A DNA stretch of 64,000 nucleotides from Macrostomum lignano. Its lineage: Eukaryota. The first letter of the stretch is position 1, and every line of letters begins with the position of its first letter. The translations under genes were made by a program, and so were the position numbers. Positions 1-60,097 of this stretch are shown in pieces. The notes under the pieces were generated by a model. That model had not been told where the DNA came from, made no database searches, and saw only the letters and a list, made by a program, of their open reading frames with translations. The stretch covers positions 2,542,001-2,606,000 of the forward strand of contig NIVC01000001.1 of the NCBI GenBank assembly GCA_002269645.1, given 5' to 3'.

Positions 1-420
1 TCCCTATCTCCCTTCCTCCCTATCTCCCTCTCTCCCTATATCCCTCTCTCCCTCTCTCCCTCTCTCCTTCTCCCCTACTCTCCATCTCTCCTACTCTCCA
101 TCTCTACCTCTCTCCCTATCTCCCTTCCTCCCTATCTCCCTCTCTCCCTATATCCCTCTCTACCTCTCTCCTTCTCTCCTTCTCTCCCTCTCTACCTCTC
201 TACCTCTCTCCTTCTCTCCTTCTCTCCCTCTCTACCTCTCTTCCTCTCTCCTTCTCTCCCTCTCTTCCCCTCTCCTTCTCTCCCTCTCTCCCCCTCTCCC
301 TCTCTACCTCTCTCCCTCTCTCCCTATATCCCTCTCTACCTCTCTCCCTCTCTCCCTATATCCCTCTCTACCTCTCTCCCTCTCTCCCTCTCCCCCTCTC
401 CCTATCTCGGTCGCCCCTCA
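1..420. repeat. CT-rich low-complexity tandem repeat
   Basis: (ctctctccct/ctctacctct) units. Confidence 0.9.
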
Positions 421-918
421 ACTCCCACTCACCTCCATTTCCATCCCCTACCCTCTCTCTTCTCTCCCTCTCTCCCACTCCCTCTCAATGTCCGCAAATT
501 AAGAAAAGAATATAGACGCCAGTGCGGCAGACAGGTATAGCCCAGGCAATAATGTTGTGGATAATAAAATACAAGGAAGACACAGTTGAAGACAGACAGG
601 CCACAATCATTGGGCCTCAGCAACCCCTCGCCGCTGCAGTCATTGGCCGCCTGCGCACCTTCCTAGCAGCATAAGACGGCCAGAGAACAGCAGCTCTTGA
701 CCAGGGAAAAAGAAGACTTCAGTTTGAGAAGTCTATTTTATTTTTTTGGATTACCTATTACTTGTTGAGAGCATCAGTTAGTAAGCTGCTTGTGGACTGC
801 ATCAGCTCGCTATTCTTAGAAATAGAGCAGGGACTCTTCCAATTGATAGAATGATCATCTGATCGAAGCAAATGAATTGGGTTAGATAGAATCGGAGATA
901 AGACCGCACTGAGGAGAC

Positions 919-49953
<49,035 letters not shown>

Positions 49954-50934
49954 GCAGAAACCTATCGTTTAAACAACAAGAAACCGGCGATGTTTTTGCG
50001 ATAAGGAAGAGAGTTTTGATAAAAGTGAATCAAAACTTTGATTTCAGATTATTTTCCAATATATTATATATTAATTCCAATCAGTGTTTATCTATATAAC
50101 ATGTCTATGGTCAAAACTGCTAGACAATAGTAACATAGCTAGTTTATTTATCTGATACTTTAGTAAGCTTTTAGCTAAAAAAATTAGCCATAGTTGTTAG
50201 TGCAGCACAATCGGTAGTATGTACAATGTACAACTTAGTCTAAACTGTGTTTATACTCTGTAGGTGCATAACAGCTTACTCAAACATTCTGCCTGATCAA
50301 TTGAATATTCGCGGACACAACAAAATTACCTATTAATATTCTTCAGCATCCATTGTTTCATTTTTACACTACCGATAAATCCGCCTTTTGAAGGCCTACG
50401 GTACCAATACTACTGAAGCTTGAGTAGTATAGTTTAGCTTGCAAAAGCTTGAATGCCGTACCCAGTTTCCACTCCTATTTTTGTGTTTTGTCAGCCGCCA
50501 TGCATTTTTGTTTTGGGTTCTCAGCCGTCATTGTTTTTGCTTATCACTTTTAGATACCGTAAATACTCCATTGCGCCGCTGATCTTGTTAAACCAAGTTA
50601 TATTAAAACAAATGCTATATTGCTTTGCATATATTGATATTTCTGAGTAGGTTATCGATATAGCTTTTTGATTAATCAAGCTTTATTACCTGTACACAGA
50701 AACTGATGCTGTCATTAAGTACGCCGCTAATTAATTTTATTTACTAATCAGTCCATTTTCCACCGCTAAAAGTGCATAAGCTAAAATTGCAACCTTCGAC
50801 TGTACAAAATATATTAACGTCGTTTGAATCCGTGCTTCTGTCAGTTGCAATCATCGTTTAATTAAAACAAATATTAGAATATTAATAATTCGTAACGTTT
50901 AGCTGTGCTTTTTGACATATTTTTCTATTTAAAC

Positions 50935-53020
50935 GAAATTCTCTAGCACAGTTTGAGAGATACTCTAGCACAGGTTGAGAGATACTCTAGCACAGTTTGA
51001 GAGATACTCTAGCACAGTTTGAGAGATACTCTAGCACAGTTTGAGAAATTCTCTAGCACAGCTTGAGAGATACTCTAGCACAGTTTGAGAGATACTCTAG
51101 CACAGTTTGAGAGATACTCTAGCACAGTTTGAGAAATTCTCTAGCACAGTTTGAGAGATACTCTAGCACAGTTTGAGAGATACTCTAGCACAGTTTGAGA
51201 GATACTCTAGCACAGTTTGAGAGATACTCTAGCACAGTTTGAGAGATACTCTAGCACAGTTTGAGAGATACTCTAGCACAGTTTGAGAGATACTCTAGCA
51301 CAGTTTGAGAGATACTCTAGCACAGTTTGAGAAATTCTCTAGCACAGTTTGAGAAATTCTCTAGCACAGTTTGAGAAATTCTCTAGCACAGTTTGAGAGA
51401 TACTCTAGCACAGTTTGAGAAATTCTCTAGCACAGTTTGAGAGATACTCTAGCACAGTTTGAGAGATACTCTATCACAGTTTGAGAAATTCTCTAGCACA
51501 GTTTGAGAGATACTCTAGCACAGTTTGAGAGATACTCTAGCACAGTTTGAGAGATACTCTAGCACAGTTTGAGAGATTCTCTAGCACAGTTTGAGAGATA
51601 CTCTAGCACAGTTTGAGAAATTCTCTAGCACAGTTTGAGAGATACTCTAGCACAGTTTGAGAGATACTCTAGCACAGTTTGAGAGATACTCTAGCACAGT
51701 TTGAGAGATACTCTAGCACAGTTTGAGAAATTCTCTAGCACAGTTTGAGAAATTCTCTAGCACAGTTTGAGAAATTCTCTAGCACAGTTTGAGAGATACT
51801 CTAGCACAGTTTGAGAAATTCTCTAGCACAGTTTGAGAGATACTCTAGCACAGTTTGAGAGATACTCTAGCACAGTTTGAGAGATACTCTAGCACAGTTT
51901 GAGAAATTCTCTAGCACAGTTTGAGAGATACTCTAGCACAGTTTGAGAGATACTCTAGCACAGTTTGAGAGATACTCTAGCACAGTTTGAGAGATACTCT
52001 AGCACAGTTTGAGAAATTCTCTAGCACAGTTTGAGAAATTCTCTAGCACAGTTTGAGAAATTCTCTAGCACAGTTTGAGAGATACTCTAGCACAGTTTGA
52101 GAAATTCTCTAGCACAGTTTGAGAGATACTCTAGCACAGTTTGAGAGATACTCTAGCACAGTTTGAGAAATTCTCTAGCACAGTTTGAGAGATACTCTAG
52201 CACAGTTTGAGAGATACTCTAGCACAGTTTGAGAGATACTCTAGCACAGTTTGAGAGATACTCTAGCACAGTTTGAGAGATACTCTAGCACAGTTTGAGA
52301 AATTCTCTAGCACAGTTTGAGAAATTCTCTAGCACAGTTTGAGAGATACTCTAGCACAGTTTGAGAAATTCTCTAGCACAGTTTGAGAGATACTCTAGCA
52401 CAGTTTGAGAGATACTCTAGCACAGTTTGAGAAATTCTCTAGCACAGTTTGAGAGATACTCTAGCACAGTTTGAGAGATACTCTAGCACAGTTTGAGAAA
52501 TTCTCTAGCACAGTTTGAGAGATACTCTAGCACAGTTTGAGAGATACTCTAGCACAGTTTGAGAGATACTCTAGCACAGTTTGAGAAATACTCTAGCACA
52601 GTTTGAGAAATTCTCTAGCACAGTTTGAGAGATACTCTAGCACAGTTTGAGAAATTCTCTAGCACAGTTTGAGAGATACTCTAGCTTAGTTTGAGAGATA
52701 CTCTAGCACAGTTTGAGAGATACTCTAGCACAGTTTGAGAAATACTCTAGCACAGTTTGAGAAAATTCTCTAGCACAGTTTGAGAGATACTCTAGCACAG
52801 TTTGAGAAATTCTCTAGCACAGTTTGAGAGATACTCTAGCACAGTTTGAGAGATACTCTAGCACAGTTTGAGAGATACTCTAAGCACAGTTTGAGAGATA
52901 CTCTAGCACAGTTTGAGAGATACTCTAGCACAGTTTGAGAGATACTCTAGCGCAGTTTGAGAGATACTCTAGCGCAGTTTGAGAGATACTCTAACACAGT
53001 TTGAGAGATACTCTAACACT
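50935..53020. repeat. 22-bp satellite CTCTAGCACAGTTTGAGAGATA with variant TTCTCTAGCACAGTTTGAGAAA
   Basis: ~95 copies between LAR and the kinesin. Confidence 0.98.
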
Positions 53021-53442
53021 CTTTCTTCCCAGCCATCGGGGTTGCTGCATATTTTCATCTAAAAATAGCAAAATGCAAGACTTCAATTGCTTGCCAGTCC
53101 AAGTGTCGCGCCAGCCTGCCAGGTCATGGTTCTTTAAAGTCTGCCTGGACAAGCCAAGGACATAGGAGAAGGACATAGACATGCTTCGGCTGTAGTGCAG
53201 AGTTTTTGGCGCCGCTTGCATCTCAGATGAAGGACATAAATCAGAACTAATTTAGACAGACTCTTATTGGCGATTTAGCTGCCTTATTAAAATTACCAGA
53301 ATCCCAATACGTGAGGATTCCAACGCATTGTAAGTTAGACCCACACCTTCGGATTCAATAAGGACATTATTTTTAACTTATTTCAATAATAATTTATTCG
53401 CTTAGGGATATTAAGTTAGTGAATTTCATACTTTACTGAGCA

Positions 53443-54561
53443 ATGCTGAGCACATGCCGGATGGAGCAGAAGAGCCAAGGCTATCCGATGTCGGCTGTCG
53501 GAGCAGCTGGCGGCACAAGCAGCAGCAGCAGCAGCGACACCGGCAAACCAGCGCCCGGCGGCGGCAGGGGTCAGCCAGGCGGCAATCGTCGAGGCCGCAG
53601 CGGCGACCGACACCTCGACCGCGGTGATCGCGGCGGCGGTGGCGGCAGCGGCGGCGGCGGCGGCAGCGGAGTCAAACGACGTCGTTGGCGAAGCGCCAAA
53701 TCGGCGCTGCTGACGGCGCCAAACGCCATTGGAGAATTGACTGGGGACTCTTCATGGCCGGCGGCTGACACCGCGGCAGCCTCGCTAGTAGTCAGCGGCG
53801 ATGCGTGCAGCGGGAGTAGGTAGACTGATGGATGGGTCCTCGTGTTTGACCGGTTCTACCCTCAGATACCCTCAGATACCCTCAGATACCCTCAGATACC
53901 CTCAGATACACTCAGATCCCTCAGATACCCTCATATACCCTCAGATACCCTCAAATACCCTCAGATACCCTCAGATACCCTTAGATACCCTCAGATACCC
54001 TCAGATACCCTCAGATCCTGCAGTGAGCTGCTGCTAGCTACCCTCAGATCCTGCAGTGAGCTGCTGCTAGCTACCCTCAGATGCTTCACAAATGCACAAA
54101 CATTCGGGCAGCTCAAACTGAGTAGCCCATCGACAACGCATCCGACTCTCGCGTCAAAGTCCGTAGGTCTGATTTCGTTTATAGGGCCAATTCACGTGAC
54201 ACAGCGTGTGTACACTGCAGGAAAATGAGAAGTCAGGGCTGCTGTAGGCCCTTGTATCCTGTTGCCCGAAAATGAATTTAATTTGAATTAACTCTCTCGT
54301 CTTTGTCAGGTACTCGCCGTTCCCCCAGCGCGCCTTCCTAGCTGACAAGGACTGGCAGCAGCTGTCTGCTAGGCGCGACAACGGCAAGCTGGCCAAATGC
54401 CGACTGTCAAACGACAAGTACAGCCGCATGTTGTACAGCTATCACAGACTGTACCAAGAGTACCAGTACATCTGCGCCTGTCTGCTGCCCCAGTCTGCTA
54501 AGCAACAGCAGATTGAACAGTTCGAAACTGTCGGAGAGTCGCACAATAATTCCGACAAGAT

Positions 54562-54616
<55 letters not shown>

Positions 54617-57600
54617 CAACAACAACAACAACAACAGCCATCGGGCATTAAAGAATTCGGCGAACTCAATGGCAACGTCATCCTGCCCGACCGGAACTTC
54701 CGGCTTCGTACTTGCCGGAAACGGCGCAGTGTTGTGTGCAATCAGATGCTGACGAGATCGGAGTTCGGCACGGCGGTTTGGCTCAGTGTGCCCATCGTCA
54801 TTGAGCTGCTGCTGCCTCGGCTGCAGAAACAAATCCAAGCTATTGTGTGCGCCTGCCCTCACATATCCGACCCGCTGGAGGTGATGCAGCTTAAATGCTT
54901 GCTTGCTTTTTCTCCAAGTTCCTAATTGCCTACTGTAGAGCTTTGTCTAGTACTTTCGGAACCTTTTAGTATATAAAAATTATTGTAGAGGGGATCCTAA
55001 ATAAGACAACCAACTGTTTGATGAAGGCTCAACTTACTTTTAGCTTAGCTGCAGGAGTTCCGGGCATCCGGATACAGCGGGGGGGGACGTCGCCGCCCAT
55101 TCCGCCAAGCCCTGGCGACCACGGGCAGCTGGTACTGACGTATCGCACAGGGAGATCCGGTGGTGCCAGTGTCGGCAGCGCGGTCCCCCTCCGGAGAGTC
55201 CAGAAGGTGGATGGTCACTCACTCGCGGTAGCCCTTAAGTAGCGGACGAGCTGGCAGAGATTCTCGGGAAACAATCATGACCCGATAGTGATTTGAGCAA
55301 GCATATTAATGATTAGTTGTAACTTCATTGCCGATTGTTTAGAAAGGATACTAGATAAGATATTTAACTGTTTCATGGCGTCGCAAACAGAAACTCAGAA
55401 GGGGTTCTCGTGCTAGTACACCTCTCCATCCATGGACTTCTCCATCCATGGACATTTGCGACTTGCATAGTCCACTTTCATTGAAGTAGATGCTGCCGCG
55501 ACTTTCAGGTGCTGGCGGAGCTTCGCGCCAGCCGCTACGACACTGAGCGCTGCATCGAATACCTGCGCCAGACGCTGCCACTGCGGACCGTTGTACGCGA
55601 CGTCCTGTCTGTACGTTCGGCTCCCGGTAGAGTGAACTTCTCCTCGGGCACTGCTACCACAGTGACAGCCGAAGGCAACGCCAACAACACCACCACACGG
55701 GCTGCGTCGCCAAGAATGGGAGGAGCAACGACAGCGGCGGCTCCGGGCCTGCCAGCCATGGCCGCGTCGGGCGACCCAGCTGAAGCGGAAGCCGGCGGTC
55801 GTCCGCTGCTGCGGGGCGTACGTCGATTGCGCGCCGATGTGCAGGTGGTGCGCGCCTCCCTGTCCTCCGTGTCAGCCGCGATGGCCGCAGGGCTGGGGAA
55901 GATTCGCTGCCACCTCAGCGCACAGCAGGAGAGGGCCAAGCGGCAGCTCCAGCAGCTGCAGCAGCCGCAACAGCAGCAGCAGGATCAGTCGGCTGCGCTC
56001 AGTCGCATGCAAAAGTGCTTAGACGAGTTGCGTCGAAAGTGTCGCGAGGAAGAGTCCCGACGTCGGTTGGCTTTCAACGCTTTGCAGGTGAACTTTCTTA
56101 GAAAGCTAAGCAGTGTAGGAGCGCATAGATTTCTGAATGGTTTCGAGTCCTAAGAGTGTTTACTATGTCTTCTACGAGCGCAGAAGAAATTCTCGATTTA
56201 CGACTATTACAACTATAGTATAATCTGCAACGTCCCAAAATTTACCATGTGACGCTTCTTGACTCTGGTAGCACTCAATAGTTATTCGTATATTCCAGTC
56301 TAAAGCCACAAGCAATTACGAATCACACGTTAGGAGCAACTCGGCAACATCCGGGTATACTGTCGCTGCACTAGAATCGAGGGCGATCAAGCAGTGGAAC
56401 CGATCACTCAGGAGCAAGTCCGGGTGCGCAGCCAGCTGCAGTCGCATCAGTTGAGTCAGCAGAGCCAGCAGCAGGGTCAACAGCAGCCTCAACAGGAGGA
56501 GGTGTTCCGTTTCGACCGGGTGTTTGGACCAGACGCACCGCAGGAGGCTCTTTTCGAGGAGCTCCGACCGTTGATTACGTCATTTCTGGACGGTTACAAT
56601 GTCTGTTTCATTACCTACGGAGGCGAGGCTAGCGGCAAGACGTTCACACTGCTGGGCAGCTCAAAGCAGAGGGTGAGTTTGATTAGCTCAACGAAAGTCT
56701 TGAATTCGAGCATTCAGTTTAAGACACAACCAACCATATTCAAACTATGCTTTGAAGATTGTCTTTGTGCCAAAACCGTGTATGCGGAGAGCATTGAATT
56801 TAAGACGTCGAGCAGTTGAATCCAGACTTGAGCTCAAAACCAGTTTGGACAATAAGTTGTTCATTTTTTGACGAACGTAAAAGCGAAGAAGTGAAAAAGT
56901 GAAATAGCTTTTTGTGATTGATCCTCACGTGAATGATGCTGATGATAGAGCTGACATTGGACTATGATTCGATGTTTTTGTTCTTTCATCAGATTGTGTC
57001 TGCGCATGTGGCATAGACAGTGTTTTGACCATAGACGAAAGTAGAAACATTGATTGAATATGAGTAAACAATATTAGACGCACGTGCTATAGCTTCCTTT
57101 TTGCTAAACTTTTTGCATCCACGATTAAGATTGTTCGCTTTTAGCAATATTTTCTTGCTACTTTTCAGTTGGCAACCTCTTATAGTAAGGGTTAGGTTAA
57201 GAGGATGACCTCCCTGAAAATCATGAACTCTTCATCACACGAGCTATTAACGCCCGCAGGGTCTGGTCTACCGAGCGCTGCTCGCCGTCCTACACGAGAC
57301 AGCCAGTCGAGCAGCCGACTGGAGCATGGAGCTGGACACCGCCTGCCTAGAGATCTATAACGACGCCTGTTTCGACCTGCTGTCTGAAAGGCAGCCGGTC
57401 AGCCTGTACAAAGACTGCAGCCTGGCGTCGGCGTTTAGCGCTCTACGCTTGGCGCCAATTCGAGAGGAGAACGACGTTACTCAACTATTGCGCGCCTGTT
57501 CCGCACGGCGCCGAGTAGCTAAAACGGCGCTAAATCCGCGCTCATCCAGATCGCACCTGGTGCACCTGGTCAGACTGCAGGCCCGCTCCAGGGTACACGG

Positions 57601-57973
57601 GCACACAACCTGTTCCTATCTCGGTATGATGGACCTAGCCGGAGCGGAGAACATCATCAAGGCGGACACCTGGCGCGAGCCAGAACGCGCAGCTGAGGCC
57701 GGGCACATTAACCGCTCGCTGGCCGCCTTCAACCGTCTCTTCCTGACGCTTCGTCGTACACCGCCGGGCGCCGCCTGCTACAGGGAGGCCAGGCTAACGC
57801 AGATGCTAAAGCCGTTCCTAGTGAACCATGGCAAGTGCTGCATCATAGTGACCGTGCGCACGGACTCGAGCTCGGCTAGTGGCAGTCTGAGCACGCTGCG
57901 TTTTGGCCGCGACGCGCGACAGGTGGCGCTGGGCAAAGCGCAACGCCAGCTGCTGGTTGCGAGCGTGGACTAG
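53443..57973 (+). CDS. Kinesin-14 family (C-terminal motor) protein; exons 53443-53819, 54310-54880, 55509-56087, 56334-56672, 57260-57973; ~859 aa
   Basis: Neck LQEQLGNIRVYCR, FDRVF, GYNVC..YGGEASGKT, LEIYND, NPRSSRSH, DLAGAE, INRSL, RLTQML, STLRFG; phases 2,0,0,0 match and total 2580 nt. The exact start codon and the two N-terminal exons are less certain. Confidence 0.88.
53860..54020. repeat. 10-bp minisatellite CCCTCAGATA
   Basis: Kinesin intron 1. Confidence 0.93.
54563..54637 (+). repeat. Coding (CAG)15(CAA)9CAG tract, Q25, in the kinesin tail
   Basis: Direct count. Confidence 0.9.
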
Positions 57974-58214
57974 AGACTAGAGAGACTGATGTAGCAGCTT
58001 CGGGTTGGTTACAAAAGGTTGGATGAAGAGAGGGATGTTTCTGAATCTTAATTCTCCAATGACATCCGACTGCATTTTACAGACCCTCTGCATCCCTCAA
58101 TAGCTTCATGCATGTACTTTAGATGGTCGTGACGGGGCCTGTATAAGAATCGAACTTGCAGATTTTAGGGAAAATTTTGAAAGCTAAAGCAAATTGCGTC
58201 TACACACAAAGTAG

Positions 58215-59098
58215 GAACAGTCTAGAGAGGGCGGATAGTGTCTAGAGTGGGCGGGTAGTGCCTAGAGTGGGCAGGTAGTGTCTAGAGTGGGCGGGTAGTG
58301 TCTAGAGTGGGCGGGTAGTGTCTAGAGAGGGCGGGTAGTGTCTAGAGTGGGCGGGTAATGCCTAGAGTGGGCAGGTAGTGTCTAGAGTGGGCGGGTAGTG
58401 TCTAGAGTGGGCGGGTAGTGTCTAGAGAGGGCGGGTAGTGTCTAGAGTGGGCGGGTAATGTCTAGAGAGGGCGGGTAGTGTCTAGAGTGGGCGGATAGTG
58501 TCTAGAGTGGGCAGGTAGTGCATAGAGTGTGCGGGTAGTGCCTAGAGAGGGCGGATAGTGTCTAGAGTGGGCGGATAGTGTCTAGAGAGGGCGGGTAGTG
58601 TCTAGAGAGGGCGGATAGTGTCTAGAGAGGGCGGATAGTGTCTAGAGAGGGCGGGTAGTGTCTAGAGAGGGTGGGTAGTCTCTAGAGAGGGCGGATAGTC
58701 TCTAGAGGGCGGGTAGTGTCTAGAGAGGGTGGGTAGTCTCTAGAGAGGGCGGGTAGTCTCTAGAGAGGGCGTGTAGTCTCTAGAGAGGGCGTGTAGTCTC
58801 TAGAGAGGGCGGGTAGTCTCTAAAGAGGGCGGGTAGTCTCTAGAGAGGGCGGGTAGTCTCTAGAGAGGGCGTGTAGTCTCTAGAGAGGGCGGGTAGTCTC
58901 TAGAGAGGGCGTGTAGTCTCTAGAGAGGGCGGGTAGTCTCTAGAGAGGGCGGGTAGTCTCTAGAGAGGGCGGGTAGTCTCTAGAGAGGGCGGGTAGTGTC
59001 TAGAGTTGGGCGGATAGTCTCTAGAAAGGGCGGATAGTGTCTAGAGAGGGCGGGTAGTCTCTAGAGAGGGCGGATAGTGTCTAGAGAGGGCGGGTAGT
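58215..59098. repeat. 20-bp minisatellite TCTAGAGAGGGCGGGTAGTG/C
   Basis: ~44 copies with gradual unit change. Confidence 0.96.
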
Positions 59099-59805
59099 TT
59101 ATAGTTAATTAGTAAGGCAATAGCGGTCTGTTAAAGAGGCGGATTTTACGCAGCAAAAGAGCTCCGCTCAATTAAAGTTTGCCCATACAAAATACTATTT
59201 ATAGATACGCGTACATGCATTCACTTTTAAAACATAGTACTACAAGTAATACATTACTTTGACTAGCCCACTACTAAATGCAATGATAAAAAAGAATATT
59301 TCATCGGAAATGTAGATTTTGATTTTTCACTTTTTAATCCCACTATACTGTGCCGCAAGCAGTGGGCACTAACCAAACCTATTATCTATACGATGCGCCC
59401 CAGCACTGCCAGTTGTCCTAATCCCTTACAAATACAGATGCAGCAAAGAACTCGAAAATCGCTGCAAGCACACAGAATTTTCTGTCAATAAAGTTCTGCA
59501 AAAATGAGTTGCAGAAGTGACAAATGTTTACTGATTAATTATTAGAAATTATATATCAATAAGGTTGATAAATGCAGCAACGCGGCAATCTTAGCTAACT
59601 ATAAGTCTGAACAGACGCGGCGCAGTGTTTAAGCAATATAGTATTAATTAAATTCACCAGGTAATACATAATAATTGACGCCAATGAGGTTTCAGCATTG
59701 CAAACTGAGTTTGGTGACTCCTACATGATCGACTCAACAGATGACATTAACAGATTGGTACCTGTTTGCCGATTAGGGTAACCTTTCACAACCCTGCTAC
59801 CTAAG

Positions 59806-59985
59806 CATTGGATTTGCCTCTCCGCTCTCCATCAGTGCTTGAGAATCTGCCTCTCCGCTCTCCATCAGTGCTTGAGAATCTGCCTCTCCGCTCCCCATCA
59901 GTGCTTGAGAATCTGCCTCTCCGCTCTCCATCAGTGCTTGAGAATCTGCCTCTCCGCTCCCCCTCAGTGCTTGAGAATCTGCATC
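59806..59985. repeat. 33-bp minisatellite GCTTGAGAATCTGCCTCTCCGCTCTCCATCAGT
   Basis: ~5 copies. Confidence 0.92.
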
Positions 59986-60097
59986 TCTTACCCCCTCAAT
60001 CTCAAATCAGCAAAACGGGACAAACCGACAGCAAATTGAACAAATAAAAAACAAAAAATAACCAAAAAAGCAAAATAAACTAATTGATAAGGTTGAG

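Noticed and set aside
54885-55054. 165-bp segment flanked by TGCAG direct repeats as an insertion or non-canonical intron
   Set aside because: No sliding register gives GT/GC-AG ends; canonical 54881-55508 splicing explains the gene
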